DNA of 64,000 nucleotides, from contig CAZYPW010000001.1 of assembly GCA_964649615.1 (NCBI GenBank), forward strand, positions 33,557-97,556, in the 5' to 3' direction. This document shows, in pieces, positions 37,506 through 46,305 of this stretch. This DNA is from an uncultured Gammaproteobacteria bacterium (GTDB lineage Bacteria; Patescibacteriota; Microgenomatia; Daviesbacterales; UBA10151). The position numbers and the translations under genes were made by a program. Position 1 is the stretch's first letter. Each line of letters starts with the position of its first letter. The notes under the pieces are model-generated. The model was given only the letters and a program-made list of their open reading frames with translations, did no database searches and was not told the DNA's origin.

Positions 37506-38174
37506 ATGAAGGATGAAAATATACTTAGAATTAAATTTAATGGTAGAAGTTTAATTAAGCTGATAAGGTCAGCCAAAGGAAGGGACTTTTTATTATCCAC
37601 ACCTACTATCAAAAATAAGGGGTATTTTGTGAGTAACCATTTTACATTACATACACCAAATAGTAGATTAACCTGGAAAATTACTAAAGTTAAGGAAGGC
37701 GATCAAGACGCTTTAAAATCAATGCTTTATTTAGTAAAAGATCACCCAGTTTATAAAAAGAAGGTAACATACCACGCAGATGGAGTAACTCCAAAAGACT
37801 TAGATATGTATGAGGGAAAAATATTGGACTTGAGTAATCCATCAGAATTTCAATTTGGAACAACTGTAGCTTTAAATATGGAGAATACTTCAATTGATGA
37901 ATACTTTGATCCAGCAAAGACGAAGGATAGAGAGTTTAAGTGGCTCAAAGACATTGTCATACCAAAAGTTTTCAAAGACAAAGTCACAATCAGATGGTTC
38001 ATATCTAAAAACTTTCAAGGGAGGATCACAGAGTTTGTAAAGGGGTATAAAGAACCAATAGATGATTATTTTTTGATTCGGGAACTAAACAGCACAGGGG
38101 AAGAATATACCTTCTTATTTATCATTATCTATGGTTTTCCTGAATTAAAGGATAAGGATAAAAAAACCTATTAG
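37506..38174 (+). CDS. Hypothetical protein
   Basis: ORF directly after the YaaC-like gene; no family recognised. Confidence 0.55.
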   Translation: MKDENILRIKFNGRSLIKLIRSAKGRDFLLSTPTIKNKGYFVSNHFTLHTPNSRLTWKITKVKEGDQDALKSMLYLVKDHPVYKKKVTYHADGVTPKDLDMYEGKILDLSNPSEFQFGTTVALNMENTSIDEYFDPAKTKDREFKWLKDIVIPKVFKDKVTIRWFISKNFQGRITEFVKGYKEPIDDYFLIRELNSTGEEYTFLFIIIYGFPELKDKDKKTY

Positions 38175-38195
38175 AAAACTTTAACTTGTAAATCT

Positions 38196-38897
38196 TTAGA
38201 CTTTTGTTTTTAGAGAGTTATTGCCTCTGTTATACTTACCCCTCAATACTTGAGCTTTCTCTGGCAAGATATAAGCATTTCGGAGGGTAGTTTCAATAAT
38301 ATCCAGTCCAGTGTTCAGCTCTTCTTCAAGCGGTTCTTGTAATTCATGAGCAGAAGCATTTCCCATATATCTATTAAGATGGAGTAACTCTGCTTCTTGA
38401 TCAGTCATCAAACCCATCTTGGCTAATCCGTCAATTTTTTTCTCAAGGTCACCAGTAATTATACCTTTATCTTTACATATTGCTTCGATAACGGCTCGCA
38501 TACCAATACTTGTAAGTATTGGTAATTTTTTATTAAAGGCCGTGACACACTCTTTGTATATTCTTGCAACAATTTTAGGTATATAGTGATGATCTTCTAT
38601 TGGGGTTTTTGTTTCGTGAGGGGATGGATAAATTGTTGTAACTACATCAAACTCTCCAGTTTGAGGATTATAATCTTCACTAAATACGTATTCTTCTAAA
38701 AGGCAAACCGCCTCACAGCCTTGACATTGGAGCGTATAGAAGGTAGAGACTGTCCACATCCCATCCTCGTTGTCCCAACTATCCTTTTTTTGAACTTTAA
38801 ATAAAATTTTGTGATTGGTGGCTTGCTTGCATATCCTGCAAAAAATCTTTCTCGTTTCTTCTATATTCTTTTTTCGAGTTTTGCTTAGTGGACTCAT
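38196..38897 (-). CDS. DUF4145 (HEPN-like) protein with N-terminal Zn finger
   Basis: CRIC...CQGC; RAVIEAIC; LEKKIDGL; RYMGNASAH. Confidence 0.8.
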   Translation of the reverse strand: MSPLSKTRKKNIEETRKIFCRICKQATNHKILFKVQKKDSWDNEDGMWTVSTFYTLQCQGCEAVCLLEEYVFSEDYNPQTGEFDVVTTIYPSPHETKTPIEDHHYIPKIVARIYKECVTAFNKKLPILTSIGMRAVIEAICKDKGIITGDLEKKIDGLAKMGLMTDQEAELLHLNRYMGNASAHELQEPLEEELNTGLDIIETTLRNAYILPEKAQVLRGKYNRGNNSLKTKV

Positions 38898-39033
38898 TCA
38901 GCAGATGTTACCACATTTTTAGATTCTAACTTCTTACAAACCCAGCAGGGTCTAAGGTAGAAAGTTTATTATAAAGACTTACTACAACTTGTTCATTTAT
39001 CAAAAATGAAGCTAAGTTCGAGTAAGAACTATC

Positions 39034-39304
39034 TGGCTCCCCCGCGTGGATTCGAACCACGAACCTTGATCTTACAAGTGCTCCTAATTTACATCAGGAC
39101 TTGGACTATCTCATAACCTTAGCTTTCTTTAGGTTCCGGGCGTATAGTCTCTGAACCTTCCCCGATTTCATCGGGGCTTGGCTGCGGATTATCCTTCGAT
39201 TACACTCAGGACTTCCCGACAATTAACCCAGTTTTTCAACTCCGATTTCTCGGAGAAGCTGCAATATTTTACAGGATCCCGCTCTACCATTGAGCTACAG
39301 GGGA
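39034..39304 (-). tRNA. tRNA-Asn(GTT) interrupted by a group I intron
   Basis: 5' exon 39304-39271 ends GGATCCTGT; 3' exon 39074-39034 starts TAAGATC and ends GGGGGAGCCA; spliced loop CT-GTT-AA. Confidence 0.9.
39075..39270 (-). ncRNA. Group I intron (196 nt, no ORF)
   Basis: P1 CUGU/GCAG with U-G at the splice site; P AATTGTCGGGAA, Q AATCCGCAGC, R TTCAGAGACTA, S GATAGTCC; terminal G. Confidence 0.9.
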
Positions 39305-39329
39305 ATATATTAAATTTTTAATGAACCTT

Positions 39330-39454
39330 TTCCCATGTAGCAACAACCCGCTCTTCCTGGGTGAACTTGAAATTATATTTCTGCTTCGCAGATAAAATGT
39401 TGTTCACCCGCTTAAATGTCATTTAGACATTTAAGCCCATTTCGCTACAGGGGA
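39330..39454 (-). ncRNA. Candidate structured RNA of unknown class upstream of tRNA-Asn
   Basis: Closing stem TCCCCTGTAGC/GCTACATGGGA; hairpins CTTAAATGTC/GACATTTAAG and GGGTGAAC/GTTCACCC; extended -10 TGGTAAAAT upstream. Confidence 0.35.
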
Positions 39455-39557
39455 TTGTTAATGTACCTTTGGAATTTTACCATTTTAAAGACTCTAAATC
39501 TATATTTCTGAACCTATATATTCAAACCTGGGTTTTTTAATTCCCAGAACTTCCACT

Positions 39558-40829
39558 TCAGGCTATATTATATAATTTATTCAGGAAATAAATCATTGGT
39601 AATAGTGAGACAAAAAATAAAGCAAAACTTACTAGGATTAATTTCTTTCTAATTAATCCCATTTTAGGCATTAATTCAGAAGTTGTTTTTGAGATAATTT
39701 TAGCTAACCACCACAAATTAAAACTCCACAACATCACATTAGCTAAAAAGTAAAGATAAATATGTTTTGTTTGATAGGGAGGGGTACTATAAAGCTTACC
39801 CAATAAAATATCTGGGGCAAAAAATAAATAAAAGCTAATCAAAACTATTGCTCCTAAAATAGCATAAATAAAAATTCTTTTGTCCCTTTCTAAAATAGCT
39901 AAGGGAATTATCCAAACTAAATACTGGGAAGCAATACCAAAATAAGCAGTTAAAAATAAAAGATAAATAATCAGGCAAGCTTTAGCTAAATGTTTCCAGC
40001 CTGCTAAAAGCATTATCAAAGCAGTAGCTGAGTAGAGAAAAATAAATTTGCTGGCAGATAAAAAATCAGCAGCTAAAGGTAGGGTAGTTTGAGCATTATG
40101 TTGATACCAAAGCCCCCTTAAAATAGCTGCATAAGAAATATCTCCTATGCCAGAATAAGTTAAGGTACGGGTTAAAATCTGCACAGGGTTTTGCACTATA
40201 AAAGGAATAAAGCTGATCATTAATGGAGATAAAATTAATCCTAGATAAGTAATTTTTTGTTTAAAAGTGCTATTTTTGTACAGTATAAAAAGAGGAATCA
40301 GCATAGCTGGATTGGGTTTAATGGCCAAAGCTATTCCTAAACTTAAAGCACTGAAATAAGTATGGGTTTTTTTGGAGCTAAAAGTTATAAGATAAATTGC
40401 TAAAACTGTGAGCATAGAGGTGATGGAGTCAAGCTGGCCATGGGCAGAAGAAATTAAGATAGAGATAGGATTTAAAAGATAAAAAACACTCCATAAAGCA
40501 GCCTGAGGGGGTTTAACTTTAATTTTAACTAAAAACTTATAAATCAGGAAGCTGCAGATAAAATCTGCTAAATTAGGCCATAGTTTAAAAACTGCCACAA
40601 AAGACATCTGCCAGACTGCAGAGATCTTCATGGATAGGCCTTCCAAAAAAATGGCTAAAGGAGGATAATTATTAAAATCCAAAACTAAATAGGGATTTCT
40701 GCCTTCTAAAAAAGCTGCTCCCATGTTATACATTAGATAAATATCTGCAGTATGCACACTTTGGGAGATAAAAAAGACTCTAATAATTAAGGATGTTAAG
40801 ATACCAAAAATAAAAATAATTTTTACCAT
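39558..40829 (-). CDS. GT-C fold (GT87-like) membrane glycosyltransferase
   Basis: GRNPY...NYPPL, LLNPISILISSAHGQLD, QYLVWIIPL. Confidence 0.8.
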   Translation of the reverse strand: MVKIIFIFGILTSLIIRVFFISQSVHTADIYLMYNMGAAFLEGRNPYLVLDFNNYPPLAIFLEGLSMKISAVWQMSFVAVFKLWPNLADFICSFLIYKFLVKIKVKPPQAALWSVFYLLNPISILISSAHGQLDSITSMLTVLAIYLITFSSKKTHTYFSALSLGIALAIKPNPAMLIPLFILYKNSTFKQKITYLGLILSPLMISFIPFIVQNPVQILTRTLTYSGIGDISYAAILRGLWYQHNAQTTLPLAADFLSASKFIFLYSATALIMLLAGWKHLAKACLIIYLLFLTAYFGIASQYLVWIIPLAILERDKRIFIYAILGAIVLISFYLFFAPDILLGKLYSTPPYQTKHIYLYFLANVMLWSFNLWWLAKIISKTTSELMPKMGLIRKKLILVSFALFFVSLLPMIYFLNKLYNIA

Positions 40830-40830
40830 A

Positions 40831-41316
40831 CTAAATTAAGCTTTTTGTTGTATCTACAGTTTGTTGAATTTTTTCCCAATTAGGAGAATTAGCAGGATAA
40901 ATATCACGCAGCCTTTCTAACATTTTAAGATAATTTTTGATTTTTAATTTATCATTTGCATCTGGTGGATAATTTAATTTAGTTTTACCTACAAAAGTAT
41001 TGTAACGGTCAGCAGCATAAGGGATAAACCCTTCTTTTTTAAAATTGATAATAAAAGTAAGCTCTTTAAGCCTTTTTTCCAGCAGTTGGTAGGCGTATTC
41101 TTTTTTCAGATTATTTGGTATAAAAGTTAGCTTAATTTGCTCATAACCTCTTTTTAAAGGATAGATTAAAAGATTAGGGTTAATTTGTTCGTAACTTATA
41201 AATCCAAAGGATTTAAGTTCATCCTCAGTTAAAAAAGTTTTTTCTTTAGCAAAAGCAGTAGAGGAAAGGAAAAATAGTAAGCAAATTAATAAACTTAAAA
41301 TTTTATATTTGGTCAT
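40831..41316 (-). CDS. Secreted helical protein (DUF5667-like)
   Basis: Signal peptide; YPLKRGYEQIKL...LEKRLKEL. Confidence 0.55.
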   Translation of the reverse strand: MTKYKILSLLICLLFFLSSTAFAKEKTFLTEDELKSFGFISYEQINPNLLIYPLKRGYEQIKLTFIPNNLKKEYAYQLLEKRLKELTFIINFKKEGFIPYAADRYNTFVGKTKLNYPPDANDKLKIKNYLKMLERLRDIYPANSPNWEKIQQTVDTTKSLI

Positions 41317-41337
41317 TTTATATATAATAGCCTGTAT

Positions 41338-41808
41338 ATGAAATCTATTCTAGAGATTAGCCAGTTATCCTGGCTTTCTCAAAAACTAAAAAGGGAACAT
41401 AAAAAGATAGTATTGGTAGGCGGCTGTTTTGATGTGATACATCCTGGCCATATTATCTTTTTAGAAAAAGCTAAAAGAGCGGGAGACATTTTAATTGTTC
41501 TTTTAGAAAGTGACCAAAAAATCAAGCTGTTAAAAGGTATTAATAGGCCTTTTTTTACTCAACTAGATAGGGTAGAAGTGTTATCTTCCATTAAATTTGT
41601 TGATTTTGTGGTGCTTTTGCCTTTTATAAGCAAAGACAAAGAGTATGATCAATTAATTTTAAAGATTAAACCAGACATCATAGCTGCTACCAAAAATTCC
41701 TCAGGAAACAAACATCCAATAAGAGCAGCCAAACTGGTGGGAGCACAACTAAAATATGTTACTAAAATAGTAGGAAACTATTCCACCAGTAGAATTCTGA
41801 ATAAATAA
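41338..41808 (+). CDS. Cytidylyltransferase-family (RfaE-II/TagD-like) protein
   Basis: GGCFDVIHPGH, KGINRP, YSTSRI. Confidence 0.88.
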   Translation: MKSILEISQLSWLSQKLKREHKKIVLVGGCFDVIHPGHIIFLEKAKRAGDILIVLLESDQKIKLLKGINRPFFTQLDRVEVLSSIKFVDFVVLLPFISKDKEYDQLILKIKPDIIAATKNSSGNKHPIRAAKLVGAQLKYVTKIVGNYSTSRILNK

Positions 41809-41826
41809 TTTGTAATATAATAGTTT

Positions 41827-42495
41827 GTGAGAACTTCTTTATTCGCCCTTTTTTTAATAACTCTCTTGGGATTTGTGGCCTTTTCCTATACTGTGGCCAA
41901 AGAAAGCTGGCAAAGAATAGATTTTGATACCACTGTCAAAATACAAGACCGTATCCCTAAGCAGTTTGATGATAAATTTTCTTATTTTTCACTTTTGGGT
42001 AGTGCAGAAGCAACTGTGGGTTTTTGTTTAATTATGGCACTGCTGGCTTTAATCAGGCTTAAATTATTTTCTCTTTTAGGATGGTTAATGATAATTCCAG
42101 CTTCAGCAGTTGAGGTTTTTGGAAAATTAGTGCTTTATCATCCAGGCCCGCCTAGGTTTTTCCAGCGGACTACTTTAGCCACCCACCTGCCCTCATTTTA
42201 TGTCCATACTGAATTTTCTTACCCTTCAGGGCATATGACCAGGACTATTTTTATCATCACCACTTTAATTTGCCTTACTTTTACTTCAAAAATTAACTCT
42301 TTAGTTAAATACTTTTTAATATTCAGCCTACTAGGTTTGGGATTTTTAATGGCTTTAACCCGAGTTTCTTTAGGGGAACATTGGTTGTCAGATGTTTTAG
42401 GAGGCAGTTTACTGGGAGTCTCTATGGGGTTTTTGGCAGCCATGTTGCTTTTATCGCGAAGAGAGAAACTTGCTTCATTGCCTAAGAGGGTGTAA
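41827..42495 (+). CDS. PAP2-family phosphatase
   Basis: SYPSGH and TRVSLGEHWLSDVLGG. Confidence 0.9.
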   Translation: MRTSLFALFLITLLGFVAFSYTVAKESWQRIDFDTTVKIQDRIPKQFDDKFSYFSLLGSAEATVGFCLIMALLALIRLKLFSLLGWLMIIPASAVEVFGKLVLYHPGPPRFFQRTTLATHLPSFYVHTEFSYPSGHMTRTIFIITTLICLTFTSKINSLVKYFLIFSLLGLGFLMALTRVSLGEHWLSDVLGGSLLGVSMGFLAAMLLLSRREKLASLPKRV

Positions 42496-42519
42496 GATTA
42501 CTCCAAGCTGCCTAGGGAG

Positions 42520-42768
42520 GTGATGTTTTTGAATAGAAACGTAACGATTGTAGTAATCATCCTAGTGCTGGTAGTAATTGCGGGATATCTGGTATGGCTT
42601 AGAAGTAAATATCAGCCAACTGTTTCACCAAAAGTTCAGACTGAGGAGAATATGGTGGAGGAAACACCTGCTGCTACTTCATCAGCTCAAAGCGCTACTT
42701 CATCTGCTCAAGAGGCAACTGGATCAGTGAAGGAGAAAAGTTCCACCCCCAGTTCTACTAATAATTAG
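42520..42768 (+). CDS. Small membrane-anchored Ser/Thr-rich protein
   Basis: N-terminal TM segment, ATSSAQ repeats, SD GGAGG. Confidence 0.6.
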   Translation: MMFLNRNVTIVVIILVLVVIAGYLVWLRSKYQPTVSPKVQTEENMVEETPAATSSAQSATSSAQEATGSVKEKSSTPSSTNN

Positions 42769-42792
42769 TATCAGGTATAATACTTATTACTC

Positions 42793-43731
42793 ATGGATAA
42801 TTCTCAGGTAGAGAAACTCATTATCATAGGTTCTGGTCCTGCTGGCTTAACAGCCAGCATTTATGCTGCTAGGGGAGCTTTAAGCCCTCTGGTAATAGCA
42901 GGTAGGGAAGCAGGAGGGCAGTTGATGCTGACCACAGATGTGGATGATTACCCTGGATTTGAAGAAGGCATCCAGGGACCAGATTTAATGGCTAAATTTA
43001 GAAAACAAGCAAAGAGATTTGAGACTAGATTTATTAATGAGGATGTTTTATCAGTTGATTTAAAATCCAAGCCGTTTGTAATTAAAACTGAAACCTACAA
43101 CCTACAAACTATAACCTTAATTATTGCCACTGGCGCATCTGCTATGTGGTTGGGGTTAGAATCTGAAACTAGATTAAGAGGCAAAGGAGTCTCTTCTTGT
43201 GCAGTATGTGATGGATTTTTCTTTAAGGGTAAAAATGTGATGGTGGTTGGAGGGGGGGATACGGCCATGAGAGAGGCACAGTATCTGTCTAAAATCTGTA
43301 AAACAGTCACTGTAGTACACAGAAGAGATACATTGAGGGCCCAACCTGTGCTTGTTGAGTTAGTCAAATCAAAACCTAATGTAAAATTTATCTGGAATAC
43401 CACAGTAGAAGAGTTTATAGGACGAGACAAAGTGGAGAAAGTGAGGTTAAAAAATACTCAGGATCAAACTACCTCTGAAGTGGTCATAGATGGGGTGTTT
43501 GTCGCAATTGGACATAAACCAAATACTGATTTTTTAAAAGGACAAGTTGACTTGGATAAAAAAGGGTATGTAGTAGTTCATGATGAAACGCTAACTTCTG
43601 TGGAAGGAGTATTTGTGGCAGGAGATGTGGCAGATTATACTTACAGGCAGGCTGTTACAGCAGCCGGAGCAGGCTGCAAAGCAGCGCTGGATGTAGAGGA
43701 ATACCTGGAAAATTTAAAAATTGGTGCTTAA
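42793..43731 (+). CDS. trxB: Thioredoxin reductase
   Basis: IIGSGPAGLTA, CAVCDG, VGGGDTA, AGDV. Confidence 0.96.
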   Translation: MDNSQVEKLIIIGSGPAGLTASIYAARGALSPLVIAGREAGGQLMLTTDVDDYPGFEEGIQGPDLMAKFRKQAKRFETRFINEDVLSVDLKSKPFVIKTETYNLQTITLIIATGASAMWLGLESETRLRGKGVSSCAVCDGFFFKGKNVMVVGGGDTAMREAQYLSKICKTVTVVHRRDTLRAQPVLVELVKSKPNVKFIWNTTVEEFIGRDKVEKVRLKNTQDQTTSEVVIDGVFVAIGHKPNTDFLKGQVDLDKKGYVVVHDETLTSVEGVFVAGDVADYTYRQAVTAAGAGCKAALDVEEYLENLKIGA

Positions 43732-44147
43732 GGTAAAGTAGAGATACCAACTTTTTTAAAATCTGAATCTAAAGAGATTACTGACTCAATATCGAATTTT
43801 CTAACTAAAGCAATAGTTGTAGCATCAGTTAAAGATAATCTATGTTCTGAGTATTTTTGAACCAGTTCAAAGGCCTCTGATTGAATTTCTTCATCAACCC
43901 AAAGCTGGGTAATTCCACCTAAATAAAGGTTTTCAGAGAAGTTTTTAATAAACTTAGCGACAACCTTTGGATTCGTTCTTTGAATAAGTCGAGTAACGGT
44001 TTCATCGATTATATCGTTTGAGGTAAAAATGCTTGTATGTGTTTTAACGAATCCTTTCAGAAGATTCTTAATCCTAATATGGCCTGATTCATCCGATAGA
44101 TAATAAGCAATCCATCCTGAAGTATCGATGAAAATTTTTCTATACAT
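43728..44147 (-). CDS. PIN-domain (VapC) toxin
   Basis: FIDTSGWIA, LSLTDATT, SLDSDF. Confidence 0.88.
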   Translation of the reverse strand: MYRKIFIDTSGWIAYYLSDESGHIRIKNLLKGFVKTHTSIFTSNDIIDETVTRLIQRTNPKVVAKFIKNFSENLYLGGITQLWVDEEIQSEAFELVQKYSEHRLSLTDATTIALVRKFDIESVISLDSDFKKVGISTLP

Positions 44148-44151
44148 TACA

Positions 44152-44406
44152 TTAATCTATTAAGTAGATTTCATCAATATTTTTTGAGATATTTTTTGAG
44201 CCGCCCTTGGCCATACCAGCCATTTTTAAAAGAGGATTATTTTTGATCCTTCTTTTTTCTGCGGCTGCAATTAATTTTTCATATTCACGAGCCATTTTAT
44301 CAATAATGTCTCTGATGATTTGAGAACGTGATAGATCGGTCAGCTTAGATAATCGATCCAAAGTATTTACAGAATTAGGATTTAAATATATTTGATATCT
44401 ATTCAT
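44152..44406 (-). CDS. RHH/CopG antitoxin
   Basis: MNRYQIYL...SRSQIIRDII...NIDEIY; likely ATG 44406 (track 44484). Confidence 0.75.
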   Translation of the reverse strand: MNRYQIYLNPNSVNTLDRLSKLTDLSRSQIIRDIIDKMAREYEKLIAAAEKRRIKNNPLLKMAGMAKGGSKNISKNIDEIYLID

Positions 44407-44464
44407 ATATACACCGTAACATATATGGTGTATATAGTCAAATATATTGAAATTAGGTACAAAC

Positions 44465-44529
44465 TTTGATGCCCGTCTCGCCAAAGGCGGACGAGGCGAG
44501 CAGAAGAGTACTTGGAAAATTTAAAATAA
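44465..44529 (+). pseudogene. Displaced trxB 3' end interrupted by a palindrome
   Basis: Removing 44473-44501 gives FDAEEYLENLK-stop, versus LDVEEYLENLK in trxB. Confidence 0.75.
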
Positions 44530-44545
44530 GTGTTAATATATATAA

Positions 44546-44974
44546 ATGAAGCTTCTAAATTATTTAATAAAACTTCTTCCGACTAAACCTATTTATGCCC
44601 ATTGTGATATCCCCTGCGGCATTTATGATCCGCATAATGCTCAACTGGCCTCACAAACTGTTTTAAAGATGGTCCAAAAAATAAATGAACTTCCTAAAGA
44701 AAACCCAACTATTGTAGATAGAAATAACTTCGTCAGAATGGTAAAGGTGAAGGAGGAGCATGCAGAACTTTGTAAGAAAGAAGTATTGATTTTATGGACA
44801 GATTATTTTAAAGAAGAACACTTAGAAAAATTTCCAAATCTTCATGATCTGGTTTGGAAAACCACCAAACTTTGTTCAGATAACAAAAGAGCTGTAGATG
44901 AGGTTAAAGCTCAAGAATTAATAGAATCTGTGGATAAGGTTGCAGATATATTTGCTCAAACAAAAAAAGCGTGA
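44546..44974 (+). CDS. sodN: Nickel superoxide dismutase
   Basis: Ni-hook HCDIPCGIYDP after a leader; ILWTDYFK. Confidence 0.95.
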   Translation: MKLLNYLIKLLPTKPIYAHCDIPCGIYDPHNAQLASQTVLKMVQKINELPKENPTIVDRNNFVRMVKVKEEHAELCKKEVLILWTDYFKEEHLEKFPNLHDLVWKTTKLCSDNKRAVDEVKAQELIESVDKVADIFAQTKKA

Positions 44975-45255
44975 GCTTCCCTCTTAAAAGATTTACAGTT
45001 TCTGGAAATTCCATGCTGCCAACTCTCAAACCAGGCCAGGATGTTTTGGTTTGGTGTTGGTTTAATAAATATAAAGTGGGGGATATTGTAGCTTTCAAAA
45101 AAAACGGCAAAGAAATGATTAAACGTATTCATTTATATCACGGCCGTAGCATAAGTGTATTAGGGGATAATGAAAAAGAGAGCACTGATAGTAGAAATTT
45201 TGGGTCAATAGAGAAATCTCAAATAATTGGTAAAGTGGTTTGGTTTCAAAGGTAG
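44971..45255 (+). CDS. sodX: NiSOD maturation peptidase (S26 family)
   Basis: VSGNSMLPTL, IKRI, GDN...STDSRNFG; overlaps sodN. Confidence 0.85.
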   Translation: MSFPLKRFTVSGNSMLPTLKPGQDVLVWCWFNKYKVGDIVAFKKNGKEMIKRIHLYHGRSISVLGDNEKESTDSRNFGSIEKSQIIGKVVWFQR

Positions 45256-45929
45256 CCATCAAAGCGATCATATCTGATATTTATTTCTTCTATTCCTGAT
45301 TCAATTAACATTAAAGCCACAGCATTTACAAAACTATGTGATCCAGCCAGATAATAAATAGTATTAGGTATTAAGTATTTAGTATTAAGGGAATTTAAGC
45401 GGCCGTTTTGGCTGGAATTGTAATAGATAATAGTTAAGTTTGGTAGATTACTTTTCCATCCCTCTAGCTCTTCTTTAAAAAGAAAGTTATTATCTGAATT
45501 AGAATAAATTAGAGTTATGGAAGTTTGTAACTCATTATCAGCTACATACTTAATAATTGATCTGAAAGGAGTAATGCCCACTCCTCCTGCTATAAATACT
45601 GCATTCTCTGTTTCATCTAAAATAAATGTTCCAGCAGGATGCGAAGATTCTATTTTATCTCCTACCTGTAATTTTTCTACAAATTTTTTAAAAGGGCTGA
45701 TTCCTTTTTTGGGAGTAACCATCAAAAAATCCTCAGTTGGGGAGGAAGAGATAGTGAAAGCTCTGGTATCTCCACTAGGATCTTTTACTGGCAGTTTTAT
45801 ATCTAAATATTGCCCAGCATAAAAATGGAAACCCTGCCTGCCGGCAGGCAGATCTTGAGGTCTTTCCAAAATTAAACAAAGATACTTATCAAAGTATTTT
45901 TTAATATCTTTAATTTTTAAGAGCATCAT
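45246..45929 (-). CDS. Ferredoxin-NADP-reductase-like FAD oxidoreductase
   Basis: RAFTISSSP, FIAGGVGITPFRS, YYLAG. Confidence 0.85.
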   Translation of the reverse strand: MMLLKIKDIKKYFDKYLCLILERPQDLPAGRQGFHFYAGQYLDIKLPVKDPSGDTRAFTISSSPTEDFLMVTPKKGISPFKKFVEKLQVGDKIESSHPAGTFILDETENAVFIAGGVGITPFRSIIKYVADNELQTSITLIYSNSDNNFLFKEELEGWKSNLPNLTIIYYNSSQNGRLNSLNTKYLIPNTIYYLAGSHSFVNAVALMLIESGIEEINIRYDRFDGYL

Positions 45930-45990
45930 GCTTGGAGTATATTACCAATCCACTTCTCAGGACAAGTCTGTGTGTGAGATAATACTTAAT

Positions 45991-46302
45991 ATGAGTGGCC
46001 CTGTCCCAAAAGAAATTGGTATTGTTACTGAGGTTGATCAACAAGAAGAAGATGTTCATCGAAAGCTTGAAGAACCTTTAGGTCAGTTAGGCCATAAGAA
46101 TGTTTCTACTAAACCAGTCGGCCAGGGACTAATCAGAATAGAAGGCTTAAAAGATGTAGCAAGCTATGCAGGTACTAGTTGGGAGGAAGCCACAGAAGGA
46201 TCAAATATGTCAACAGGTGATAGAGCAACAGATAACAGTAATCCAATTAGTTTAGCACAAGAAAGATTTAAAAGAATGAGACCTAAAAAGGAAGCAGCTT
46301 AG
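45991..46302 (+). CDS. Hypothetical protein
   Basis: ORF directly upstream of the ATPase gene; likely ATG 45991. Confidence 0.5.
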   Translation: MSGPVPKEIGIVTEVDQQEEDVHRKLEEPLGQLGHKNVSTKPVGQGLIRIEGLKDVASYAGTSWEEATEGSNMSTGDRATDNSNPISLAQERFKRMRPKKEAA

Positions 46303-46305
46303 TTT

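Larger units (their letters stand above)
30812..39051. mobile_element. Serine-recombinase genomic island at the tRNA-Asn 3' end
   Basis: 16-bp repeat GCTCCCCCGCGTGGAT at 30813-30828 and 39036-39051; recombinase adjacent to the distal copy. Confidence 0.8.

Noticed and set aside
39330-39454. SRP RNA or a second tRNA
   Set aside because: Lacks the SRP helix-8 CAGG-GNRA-AGCA arrangement and has no T arm or CCA; kept only as an unclassified candidate.
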